A DNA stretch of 38,435 bases from a virus, in the IMG/VR virus record IMGVR_UViG_3300024344_000047, positions 1 through 38,435 of that record, one strand, 5' to 3'. Position 1 is the stretch's first letter. The number at the start of each line of letters is the position of its first letter. Shown piece by piece: positions 1 through 7,889 of this stretch. The translations under genes and the position numbers were made by a program. The notes beneath the pieces are model-generated. The model was not told where the DNA came from, made no database searches, and saw only the letters and a list, made by a program, of their open reading frames with translations.

Positions 1-67
1 CGTGATGACGGTCGGGCCGATCGGGTCCGAGAATCGGTACCTGACCCTAGCGCATAACGGGACAGAT
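1..67. repeat. Terminal exact repeat, left copy (identical to 38369..38435)
   Basis: cgtgatgacggtcgggccgatcgggtccgagaatcggtacctgaccctagcgcataacgggacagat is read at both window ends with no mismatch seen. It lies inside a coding frame. Confidence 0.9.
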
Positions 68-217
68 GATCCGGTGTGCACGGTGGGCTGCTGGTCCGGC
101 CTACTATCCGGCCTACTACCCGAAGCCGAGATAAGGGCACCCGACCACGCCCTAGAATACGCCGCCCTTTACAACCTATGCCTATTTCGCTTAGCAGAAT
201 GGAATACCTCACAATGA
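2..217 (+). CDS. C-terminal part of hexad-repeat beta-helix-like protein, paralog B (continuation of the ORF open at 38435)
   Basis: Frame 2 ORF ends with TGA at 215-217. The frame is continuous with 38064..38435 through the 67-nt overlap. Joined on a circular map the ORF would be 174 codons including the stop. Confidence 0.6.
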   Translation: MMTVGPIGSENRYLTLAHNGTDDPVCTVGCWSGLLSGLLPEAEIRAPDHALEYAALYNLCLFRLAEWNTSQ

Positions 218-348
218 ACTACGACCACGACGACGCCCCTTCGCATGCGTCACCTAACCGGTCCGGCGTGCGCCTACAACAAACACCGTACGACCACGCT
301 ACGGGCCGACCGCCCACCCTAGAGGAATACCGAGAGGGCACCAAGTGA
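214..348 (+). CDS. Small hypothetical protein (44 aa, MNYDHDDAPSHAS...)
   Basis: The ATG at 214 overlaps the upstream stop (ATGA). Its own stop overlaps the next start (GTGA at 345). No recognisable motif. Confidence 0.35.
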   Translation: MNYDHDDAPSHASPNRSGVRLQQTPYDHATGRPPTLEEYREGTK

Positions 349-1130
349 CCTACCACCCACACCCCAACGGCGGCGGACTAGTAGAGGACACCGCCAGCGT
401 GGACGCCACGGCGTACATAGGCCCCGATGCCCGGGTATCCGGCAGTGCCCAAGTGTACGGCTTCGCCCGAGTGTACGGCCACGCCCACGTGTACGGCCAC
501 GCCCACGTGTACGGCACCTCCCGAGTGTTCGACTATGCCCTTGTATCCGACGCCTCCCGAGTGTACGGCCACGCCCACGTGTACGGCACCTCCCGAGTGT
601 TCGACTATGCCCTTGTATCCGACGCCTCCCGAGTGTACGGCACCGCCCGAGTGTACGGCCACGCCCAAGTATCCGGCAGCGCCCGGGTATCCGACACCGC
701 CCACGTGTACGGCAACGCCCACGTGTACGGCCACGCCCGAATGTCCGACCGCTCCCGAGTGTACGGCACCGCCCGAGTGTACGGCCGCTCCCACGTGTAC
801 GGCACCGCCCACGTGTACGGCAACGCCCAAGTGTACGATGAGTCCCGAGTGTACGGTACTACCCGGGTGGCCGGTAACACCCAAGTTAGCGGCACCACCA
901 CTGTATCAAACCACGGCACCATGCCGGAGTTTGATACGCTAACCCCCTCTACGGGAGGCCCGTATCGTGTCCTCTGTGGTAAGGACCGTGAGTTTGTGCG
1001 GCTTGATGACGGTAAGTGGTGGGCCCTAGACGCTCAGTACTCCGAACCCGCCCGAGCAACCGAGGTGGAGGCGCTGCTATGCGACCAGATCCAAGATCTC
1101 AACAACAACAACAACGGAGTGAACCAATGA
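345..1130 (+). CDS. Hexad-repeat (left-handed beta-helix-like) protein, paralog A, 261 aa
   Basis: About 28 consecutive 6-residue units of type (A/S)-x-V-(Y/F/S)-(G/D)-x, such as ARVYGH AHVYGH AHVYGT SRVFDY ALVSDA. V at position i and A/S at i+4 fit the hexapeptide LbH pattern. The N-terminus MTYHPHPNGGG is shared with the ORF at 38064. The C-terminal ~70 aa are non-repetitive. Confidence 0.75.
   Translation: MTYHPHPNGGGLVEDTASVDATAYIGPDARVSGSAQVYGFARVYGHAHVYGHAHVYGTSRVFDYALVSDASRVYGHAHVYGTSRVFDYALVSDASRVYGTARVYGHAQVSGSARVSDTAHVYGNAHVYGHARMSDRSRVYGTARVYGRSHVYGTAHVYGNAQVYDESRVYGTTRVAGNTQVSGTTTVSNHGTMPEFDTLTPSTGGPYRVLCGKDREFVRLDDGKWWALDAQYSEPARATEVEALLCDQIQDLNNNNNGVNQ
489..632 (+). repeat. Perfect 72-nt tandem duplication (2 copies: 489-560, 561-632) inside the repeat protein gene
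   Basis: gtgtacggccacgcccacgtgtacggcacctcccgagtgttcgactatgcccttgtatccgacgcctcccga occurs twice back to back, encoding VYGHAHVYGTSRVFDYALVSDASR twice. Confidence 0.9.
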
Positions 1131-1543
1131 AAACTATCCCCACCCCCGCAGAGCTACGCACCCAGTTCCAAGATGTGGTGGTGTCCGACTCGGACCGGTA
1201 CCGTGCACCCGCTGAGCTAGCCATTGCTGGCTTAGAGGGCCTACGGGAGTTAGCGTTCTATGAAGGTGTACCTTCCGCCTCTACTGAGGCCCTGATTCTC
1301 GGTGTCTTCATGGCCTCTAACTTTCCAGAGGAGGCAAAGCTTTCTGACGGCGATTGGGAGGCGCTGGGTTATGACGGGCCGACCGCTTACCGGGAAGAAC
1401 AGGAAGAAAAGCTGTCTTGTACCCGAACCCTGATCGGTGACGACGTGCTCGACCTGATGGTGCCCATTGCCGAGGCCTTCGTTGCTGCTGTGAAGGCCGC
1501 ACCGATTCTTCCCTCTGACCACCCGGCCCTAAACGTCGAGTGA
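1127..1543 (+). CDS. Acidic early hypothetical protein, 138 aa
   Basis: The ATG at 1127 overlaps the upstream TGA (ATGA). By hand count there are about 25 D/E against about 10 K/R. No recognisable catalytic motif. Confidence 0.55.
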   Translation: MKTIPTPAELRTQFQDVVVSDSDRYRAPAELAIAGLEGLRELAFYEGVPSASTEALILGVFMASNFPEEAKLSDGDWEALGYDGPTAYREEQEEKLSCTRTLIGDDVLDLMVPIAEAFVAAVKAAPILPSDHPALNVE

Positions 1544-1812
1544 TAGACATTGACGGGTGGCGGTCTCACGCTGCGTGTCTTCACGAGGTCACTGATCTCT
1601 GGTTTGATGAAGACCCCGCCATAGAGACCGCCGCCCTTGCCTACTGTGCCGTATGCCCCGTGCGCCAACAGTGCGGGGAGGTAGCTTCCGCCTACAAGGA
1701 AGAGGTGGGGATCTGGGCTGGCCTGCGGGCGTACGTGCCCGAGGAACGAGAGATTCTCCACGCTTACCCGCCCGCCCACGTGCCCAACCAGTTACCCGAA
1801 ACGAGACAATGA
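1540..1812 (+). CDS. whiB: WhiB-like (Wbl) Fe-S transcription factor
   Basis: 90 aa. Four Cys are arranged C...C-x2-C-x5-C (HAACLHE ... AYCAVCPVRQQC), followed by the G(I/V)W(A/G)G turn (GIWAG). GTGA overlap with the upstream gene. Confidence 0.8.
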   Translation: MIDIDGWRSHAACLHEVTDLWFDEDPAIETAALAYCAVCPVRQQCGEVASAYKEEVGIWAGLRAYVPEEREILHAYPPAHVPNQLPETRQ

Positions 1813-2123
1813 TGATGAACCCGAACACTGATGCCGCCCTGCCTTGCCGATCATGGGGCAGGGCGGCGTTTCTTAACCCGTACCTTGTGAAGGACATGCA
1901 AGCCGACTGCGCCGCCTGTTCGCATATGAACCCGTGCCGACAGTTGGCGGCCGATGCCCCGTTTAAGGCCGTGGGCGTTTGGGGCGGGTTGAACCTCCCG
2001 GCCGACCGGGCGCTACTCCCGCCCCCCACCGTGACCGGCGCACGCATCTACCCGCCTAACGTACACACACCGGGCGTGTCCCCCTACTGGAAAAAGCACG
2101 CTATCGACCCGGAGATGCGATGA
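1809..2123 (+). CDS. whiB: Second WhiB-like (Wbl) Fe-S transcription factor
   Basis: Internal ATG at 1809 with ATGA overlap. Motifs: LPCRSW ... DCAACSHMNPC, then GVWGG. 104 aa from this start. Confidence 0.78.
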   Translation: MMMNPNTDAALPCRSWGRAAFLNPYLVKDMQADCAACSHMNPCRQLAADAPFKAVGVWGGLNLPADRALLPPPTVTGARIYPPNVHTPGVSPYWKKHAIDPEMR

Positions 2124-3853
2124 TCCCGGACATTGACGTCAACCTGTGCATACACCCACTCGACGACCCCCAACGGGTGGACGACTGGCTGACCGACGTA
2201 CTCAACAGCGGGCAGCCCCTTGCCCTAGACACCGAGACGTACGGGGTGGACTACGACCAGCGCAACGTGCGCTTGTTACAGCTAGGCACCGCTAACAGCG
2301 GGTGGGCCGTGCCCGCCGAGGACTACCGGGGGCTGAGCGTGCACCTACTGCACCGCCTGCGGGAGTCCGGTGCCCGTGTACTGATGCACAACTCTGCCTT
2401 TGACATGCACGCCCTTTCCATCTCGGGACTGCCTTTGCCCCGGTGGAGCGTCGTAGAGGACACGATGCTGTTGCACCATCTGCACCGCTCCAACGAGTTC
2501 CACGGTCTTAAGGGCATTGCCGGGCGTAACATCGGGCGATGGGCATGGGAGGGGCAGGACCAACTGAAAGCCCTGATGAACCGCACGGGTACGGACTGGG
2601 GCACTGTACCCGTGGACGCCCCCGAGTATTGGGCCTACGGGGTCATGGACACGGTGCTGACTCGGCTCGTGTGGGACTGGTTGGACCCTACCCTCCAGCA
2701 ATTCAAAGACCCGTACGGTGTTGAGATGGCGTACCGGGATATCATGTGGCGAGCTGAGCGCAGGGGTATGACCGTGGACACGGGCTACGCCCGCAACCTA
2801 ATCACGGGGGCGTATACGCCCCGCATTGATGAGCTGTACACCGTGCTGGCGGACGCCGGGGTAGCCAACCCCAACAGCAACCGTCAGGTAGAGGCAGCTC
2901 TCCAGTCCTTGGGGTGGGAGGCTAGCGAGTGGACCCCCACGGGCGAGGCCCGTTTGGACCGAGCAGTGCTGGACAAGATCACTAGCCTTGGGGGCCTAAC
3001 GGCCGAGCTAGCTACCAACCTCGTAGAGTACAAGCGTCTCGTCGGCTGGAGGGACAAGTACCTCGTCAAGTTTCGTGACAGTGGAGGCCGCCTGCACCCC
3101 TCCGTCCGCACGATGGGCGCCCGCACGGGGCGGTCCTCTGTGACTGACCCCCCGATCCAACAGATACCCGGCCACGGGGGCACCGAGATTCGTGACTGCG
3201 TCACTGCACCCGAGGGCCACCTGCTCGTGGCCATTGACTACGCTGGTCAGGAGGCCCGCCTCTTTGCCCACTACTCAGGTGACCCGGCCATGCGAGCGGA
3301 GCTGTCCCGGGACGGCGGCGACCTACACCAGATGGTGGCCGACCAGATCGGGGTGCCCCGCCCGATTGCCAAGACCATCAATTTTGCTCTGATTTACGGG
3401 GCCGGTCCCGCTAAGATGGCGGAGCAGGCGGGCGTGAGTGAAGGGGAGATGCACACGTTTCTGGCCGAGTACCATGACCGGTTCCCTCAGGTCCGTATAT
3501 TTATGCAAGAGGTAGAGGCAACGGCCCGGCGACGGGAGCCGCTACCGTACGTCACCACGGGGGGTGGCCGTAGAGCGTACGCTAACCACGGTGAGGAGTA
3601 TAAGCTAGTGAACTACCTCGTCCAAGGCACGGGTGCTGACGTGCTCAAACAAGCGGCCGCCCGGTTGGACGCCATCGGGCTGGCCGACTACATTGTGGTG
3701 CCAGTTCACGATGAGCTAGTATTTTCATTCCCGGCCGCCGATGCCGAGGAACTAACGACAATAGCAGTGGAGACCATGAGAGACGACAACTACGCCGTGC
3801 CGCTAATAGCTGAGGCCAGCCAACCGTGCTTCCGTTGGGGGGAGTGCAAGTGA
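2120..3853 (+). CDS. Family A DNA polymerase with 3'-5' exonuclease domain (no 5' nuclease domain)
   Basis: ExoI ALDTETYG, ExoII HNSAFDMHAL, ExoIII YGVMDTVL. Polymerase motif A DYAGQEARLFAH, motif B RPIAKTINFALIYG, motif C VPVHDELVF. Confidence 0.93.
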   Translation: MIPDIDVNLCIHPLDDPQRVDDWLTDVLNSGQPLALDTETYGVDYDQRNVRLLQLGTANSGWAVPAEDYRGLSVHLLHRLRESGARVLMHNSAFDMHALSISGLPLPRWSVVEDTMLLHHLHRSNEFHGLKGIAGRNIGRWAWEGQDQLKALMNRTGTDWGTVPVDAPEYWAYGVMDTVLTRLVWDWLDPTLQQFKDPYGVEMAYRDIMWRAERRGMTVDTGYARNLITGAYTPRIDELYTVLADAGVANPNSNRQVEAALQSLGWEASEWTPTGEARLDRAVLDKITSLGGLTAELATNLVEYKRLVGWRDKYLVKFRDSGGRLHPSVRTMGARTGRSSVTDPPIQQIPGHGGTEIRDCVTAPEGHLLVAIDYAGQEARLFAHYSGDPAMRAELSRDGGDLHQMVADQIGVPRPIAKTINFALIYGAGPAKMAEQAGVSEGEMHTFLAEYHDRFPQVRIFMQEVEATARRREPLPYVTTGGGRRAYANHGEEYKLVNYLVQGTGADVLKQAAARLDAIGLADYIVVPVHDELVFSFPAADAEELTTIAVETMRDDNYAVPLIAEASQPCFRWGECK

Positions 3854-4095
3854 GTATGCAGAACAAGGCCGAGCTTGAGGCAATCAAGCGAGGGTACGCC
3901 GGGCAGCGAGTGCTCTGCCTCAACTGTATGACTATCATCCAGTCCCAGCACCCTTACGATATGCACTCGTGCCTCTGCACCGAGGACGAAGACCGGGTCT
4001 GGGTAGACGGCGGTGCAGAGTATCTCCGGTTCATGTATGGCTCGAACGCTGCATTCACCCTGATAGATCAACACTACTACGAGGAGGCAAAATGA
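3850..4095 (+). CDS. Small Cys/His zinc-ribbon-like conserved phage protein
   Basis: The GTG at 3850 overlaps the polymerase stop (GTGA); an alternative ATG lies at 3856. Motifs: CLNC ... HPYDMHSCLC ... VWVDGGAEYLR. Function unknown. Confidence 0.6.
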   Translation: MSMQNKAELEAIKRGYAGQRVLCLNCMTIIQSQHPYDMHSCLCTEDEDRVWVDGGAEYLRFMYGSNAAFTLIDQHYYEEAK

Positions 4096-4568
4096 ACGAG
4101 GTAGAGACGGGCACTCGCTGGGTGCTGGCCCTTGACCCCGGCAAGGTAACGGGCTGGGCCATGTACAACACCGAAGATCACCCGCTACAGGACCTATTGT
4201 ACGGGGAGGTGGAGGGACGCTACGGGCTGGCTGACCACGTTCGCCGCATCATTGGCTCTGGCGCCATAATAGAGGTAGTGTGCGAGGACTTTGTTATCTC
4301 CGAGCGAACCATCAAGACGGCCCGGGACAACAATGCGCTGCGCCTCATTGGCTGGCTAGACATACAACTAGACCACCTCGGGGTAGAGCTATCCTTGCAG
4401 ACCGCCGGGCAAGCCAAGGGTTTCTCTACCGATGAGAAGCTGTCCGCTGTAGGCTGGCTGGACACTACGCCCGGCGGGCACAGCAACGACGCCAAGCGCC
4501 ACTTGCTCGTGTACCTACTGCGCCGATACCCCGACCACGCCGCTGAGCTATTGAAGGAATACCGATGA
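4092..4568 (+). CDS. RuvC-like Holliday junction resolvase
   Basis: ATG at 4092 with ATGA overlap. Motifs: VLALDPGKVTGWA (catalytic Asp), VVCEDFVISERT (Glu), C-terminal HSNDAKRH. Confidence 0.75.
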   Translation: MNEVETGTRWVLALDPGKVTGWAMYNTEDHPLQDLLYGEVEGRYGLADHVRRIIGSGAIIEVVCEDFVISERTIKTARDNNALRLIGWLDIQLDHLGVELSLQTAGQAKGFSTDEKLSAVGWLDTTPGGHSNDAKRHLLVYLLRRYPDHAAELLKEYR

Positions 4569-4957
4569 ACAACGAGGAAGCCAACGCACTGATTGACGCT
4601 TACCGAGAAGAGCGGGCGGTGATGAAGGCAGCGGGCCTGCCCACTCATCCCAATTTGACGGAGGCCCGCAAGTCCGCAGCGGTAGGCGTGGCTTGTGCGC
4701 TGATTGATATGCTGAGCGATTTGCCGTTTGACGTGACGGTCGATGGCCCCTCGATTAAAATTAGTGCCGCCCCCCTCGGGTTTACCTTGGCCGTCAACGA
4801 CCATTTCTTGGACCCCGGAGCCGACCCGGTATCCGAGGCGAAGCTAGCTACCGCTGTGTCCATGGAAAGTTTGTTGGAAAGCTACACGGACGTGGTATAT
4901 GGTATAAACCAGTTGTTGCAAGAGTTTCGGCTGGAGAGAGGGATGCCATGGACGTAA
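4565..4957 (+). CDS. Hypothetical protein, 130 aa
   Basis: ATGA overlap with the upstream gene, and its end overlaps the next gene. No motif recognised. Confidence 0.55.
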   Translation: MNNEEANALIDAYREERAVMKAAGLPTHPNLTEARKSAAVGVACALIDMLSDLPFDVTVDGPSIKISAAPLGFTLAVNDHFLDPGADPVSEAKLATAVSMESLLESYTDVVYGINQLLQEFRLERGMPWT

Positions 4958-6606
4958 CGTACGACGTTGCCAATAACAACTTCGTGTTTCACGCTGGCCC
5001 ACGGGACACTGAGCGCATGAAGATGATGCCCGGGTCCCGCTACAGTCGCTCCCTTGGGGGGTGGAAGTGCAAGGCCAACATGGCGACGGTGGCCACGGCC
5101 GCCCACATCTTCCGCCCCGGGGAGATAGTGCCCGACTCTGCTGCGAGTGACGCCGTGTCCCGTATCCGCACACCGCGCCGCCCGAGCACCGTTCCCATCC
5201 ACAGCGGACTGCGTAACTACCAAGCAGCGGCCGTCCAGTACATGCGGGGCTGGTCCGCACTGATAGCCGACGAGATGGGCACGGGCAAGACGCCCACCGC
5301 CATCTGCGCTTTCCCGCTGACTGGCCCCGTGCTCGTCGTGTGCTCCAAGTCCTTGATCTACAACTGGGCGGCCGAGGTGACCAAGTGGTCTACCCGCACC
5401 CCGTACGTGATTGACGGCATCATCACCAAGCGCCGCAAGACGCTCGCCGCAGCGGCCGAGGACCCAACCGCTGTGGTCATCATCAACTATGAGGGGACAC
5501 TGTCTCACTCTCGCCTGCTCGGGTACGGTAACGTGGTCAAGCTGACCGATAAAGAGCGCCAACCTAAAGAATTGAATGAGTTTGAATGGGCCGTGATGGT
5601 AGTGGACGAAGTCCACCGCATCAAGGAACCCAAGGCCAAGACCACTAGGGCCTGCTGGGCGCTGCGCACGCAAGCCGACCACGCTTGGGGCATGACGGGA
5701 ACCCCCGTGGTCAATGACGCTGACGACGTGTGGGCCGTGATGCACTTCGTAGAACCCGATGAGTGGCCGGTGCGCTCACAGTACCGGGAGGTGTTGTGCG
5801 ACGTGCGCCCCGGGTGGTTCGGGGGCATTGAGAATCGGGGCATCCACCCGCACCGGTTGCCTTTGTTCGATGAGATCTTCCAGCCACGGTTCATCCGTAG
5901 GCTCAAGGTCGACGTGCTGCCGGAGCTGCCCGACAAGACACACGTAGAGATCCGGCTGCCCCTGTCAGCCAAACAGGCCAAGGCGTACAAAGAGATGAAG
6001 AAGTCTATGATCGCCTCAGTTGACGGTGATCTGCTGTTTGCCGCTGACCCCTTAACGCAGGCCATGCGCCTACGAGAGATAGCCTCCGCCATGCCAGAGA
6101 TGGACGGGGACTTCAAGATTACGGGGCTTACGGCACCAAGCAATAAGTTGGACAAGGTGATCGACATCATCGAACAGACGGACGGGCCAGTGGTAGTGTT
6201 CGCCGAGTCTGCTCGGCTCGTGCGGTTCTTGAACGCTGAGCTACAACAGGCAGAGTACCGCAGTGCTGCCATCTGGCAGGACGTACCCGCCCGGGCACGA
6301 CAAGAGTTTGTGGATTCGTTCCAAGCCGGTGAGCTGGACGTTATTGTCCTGACCACGGGCACGGGGGCGGAGGGCATCACGCTCACTCGCAGCAGCACGC
6401 TCGTGTTCGCTCAACAGTCATGGTCTAACGCCCGCAATGCGCAGGCGCAGGACCGCATCCACCGCATCGGGCAAGACAAGGGCGCCACAATCATCACGCT
6501 CATCAGCGAGGGCACCATTGATGAGCGCACTGCTACGGTAGCCGCCGAGAAGGCAAGCAATCTGGAGCAAGTGGTACGAGATCAACTATTAGAGGAGATA
6601 AGATGA
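4948..6606 (+). CDS. SNF2/RAD54-family helicase (DEAD/DEAH-box ATPase)
   Basis: Motif I ADEMGTGKT, motif II VVDEVHRIK, motif VI QAQDRIHRIGQ. 552 aa. Confidence 0.88.
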   Translation: MDVTYDVANNNFVFHAGPRDTERMKMMPGSRYSRSLGGWKCKANMATVATAAHIFRPGEIVPDSAASDAVSRIRTPRRPSTVPIHSGLRNYQAAAVQYMRGWSALIADEMGTGKTPTAICAFPLTGPVLVVCSKSLIYNWAAEVTKWSTRTPYVIDGIITKRRKTLAAAAEDPTAVVIINYEGTLSHSRLLGYGNVVKLTDKERQPKELNEFEWAVMVVDEVHRIKEPKAKTTRACWALRTQADHAWGMTGTPVVNDADDVWAVMHFVEPDEWPVRSQYREVLCDVRPGWFGGIENRGIHPHRLPLFDEIFQPRFIRRLKVDVLPELPDKTHVEIRLPLSAKQAKAYKEMKKSMIASVDGDLLFAADPLTQAMRLREIASAMPEMDGDFKITGLTAPSNKLDKVIDIIEQTDGPVVVFAESARLVRFLNAELQQAEYRSAAIWQDVPARARQEFVDSFQAGELDVIVLTTGTGAEGITLTRSSTLVFAQQSWSNARNAQAQDRIHRIGQDKGATIITLISEGTIDERTATVAAEKASNLEQVVRDQLLEEIR

Positions 6607-6767
6607 GGGAATTAGCACCCGAAGGAACACCAGCGTCCTACCAGCGCAAACAGTACGCCCTGCGCATGGGCAAGCCCGGGGCCACGGGGCCGAGTGAAGC
6701 CGACCGTAAGGCGTGGCGCTTGTACTACCAGCAAAGACGAATCGAAGCCAAGAGGGAGCAATCATGA
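6603..6767 (+). CDS. Small basic hypothetical protein (54 aa, MRELAPEGTPASYQRKQ...)
   Basis: Hand-translated because it is below the ORF-track size cut-off. ATGA overlaps at both ends (6603 and 6764) fill an otherwise empty gap. Confidence 0.45.
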   Translation: MRELAPEGTPASYQRKQYALRMGKPGATGPSEADRKAWRLYYQQRRIEAKREQS

Positions 6768-7030
6768 GACTCAAGTACACCACCACTGCCTCTATTTGGG
6801 AGGTTGACACGACTAACCAGACGTTCACCCGGCGCCCCCGTGTAGAGGACGACGTTCACCCCGACGTAGTGTACCGGGGCGAGGAGGTCATCCCCTATGA
6901 GCGAGCTGTACTACCAGCGTCCCCCGCCGGGAATCGACACATCGTGATGTACGGTGCGTTGGTTCATAGTTCCGGTATCCTGTACTCCGGCGTTGTGGTG
7001 ACGGGACCTGAGGTTATTGATGAGGTTTAG
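6764..7030 (+). CDS. Hypothetical protein, 88 aa
   Basis: ATG at 6764 (ATGA overlap), in frame with track ORF 6713..7030. No motif recognised. Confidence 0.5.
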   Translation: MRLKYTTTASIWEVDTTNQTFTRRPRVEDDVHPDVVYRGEEVIPYERAVLPASPAGNRHIVMYGALVHSSGILYSGVVVTGPEVIDEV

Positions 7031-7889
7031 GCAGTCAGAGCTAAAGTCGTGGCTAGTAGACCAGCGTCAGTGGTACCTCACCTATTGGCTCAACCCGTAC
7101 CCGAACGGGCAGACACCTGTAGGCGACTTCCCGGGTGCATCAGAGCTGGGCACACTGGTTCACACTGCAATGGCCGCCTCCAATTTGGGAGCGGTGCCGG
7201 ACACAGCGGTTCGTGATTGGCTCTTTGCTGAGGGCAAAGAGCAGGTACCCGAATACGTGACTGCGGCAGCCGATGCTCTGTTCTACGCTAAGCGGTACAC
7301 CACGTGGAACGAGGTAGAGGGCAACGATGTGGGCACCACCCTGCTCGGGGTAGAGCTACAGCTAGAGGCCGAGCTAGCCGGTCATACAATCTACGGGTCG
7401 TTGGACCGGCTGGACACTGGGCCGCACGGGGTGGGTGTGCTGGACTACAAGACTGGCAAACAGTTCAGGCAGCTGATGGCCAATGACTTCCAGCTACTGA
7501 CCTACGGGTGGATGGCCAGAGAGTGCGGGTACGGGTCCCCCACCCGAGCCACTTACGCCCGCATCAAGACCGTCAAGGCAACCAAAACGGAACCACAGGA
7601 CCACGTACACATCCCCCTGTCCGACGATATTCTAGACCAGCACGAGCGTCACCTAACTACTTCTTTGCGAGAGATAGAAGATATGGTAACGTCATTAGAT
7701 CAAGGGATGGACCCAGTCGATATCCGCCCCGTGACCTCACCCGATTGCTTCTGGCGCTGCGACGCTATGGCGGCTTGCACGGTGATGTCCGACGGCGGGT
7801 ATTGGGAGGATGTCCTACCCTACCCGAGCGGACCATCCGCTGGGTTTAACCAGAGAGGAAGCACCTCACATGAAGACACAAAAGGCTGA
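7017..7889 (+). CDS. Cas4/RecB-like PD-(D/E)xK exonuclease
   Basis: Nuclease core GSLDRLD ... VLDYKTGK. C-terminal Cys cluster CFWRCDAMAAC. I did not see the usual N-terminal fourth Cys. Confidence 0.75.
   Translation: MMRFRQSELKSWLVDQRQWYLTYWLNPYPNGQTPVGDFPGASELGTLVHTAMAASNLGAVPDTAVRDWLFAEGKEQVPEYVTAAADALFYAKRYTTWNEVEGNDVGTTLLGVELQLEAELAGHTIYGSLDRLDTGPHGVGVLDYKTGKQFRQLMANDFQLLTYGWMARECGYGSPTRATYARIKTVKATKTEPQDHVHIPLSDDILDQHERHLTTSLREIEDMVTSLDQGMDPVDIRPVTSPDCFWRCDAMAACTVMSDGGYWEDVLPYPSGPSAGFNQRGSTSHEDTKG

Noticed and set aside
378-942. Long overlapping ORFs in other frames and on the opposite strand of the hexad-repeat gene (378..884 minus, 427..942 plus, 605..922 minus; likewise 38004..38369 and 38132..38356 minus)
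   Set aside because: An 18-nt periodic, GC-rich repeat that lacks stop-forming triplets stays open in nearly every frame. These ORFs have no independent start context, and they translate to low-complexity GAVH or PECT strings. Only the VYG frame is coupled to neighbouring genes by GTGA/ATGA overlaps.
1101-1115. (AAC)5 trinucleotide run encoding NNNNN at the C-terminus of the repeat protein
   Set aside because: It is short and in frame, and any slippage would only change the Asn count near the C-terminus. It is noted but not considered significant on its own.
4882-6398. Minus-strand ORFs of 287 and 297 aa antisense to the SNF2 helicase gene
   Set aside because: The plus-strand frame carries unambiguous helicase motifs (GTGKT, DEVH, QAQDRIHRIGQ). 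The antisense products are low-complexity and lie inside an otherwise all-plus operon.
6589-6828. Minus-strand 79-aa ORF in the gap after the SNF2 gene
   Set aside because: It has the wrong strand for this operon. The gap is fully accounted for by two plus-strand ORFs (6603..6767 and 6764..7030) linked by ATGA overlaps.
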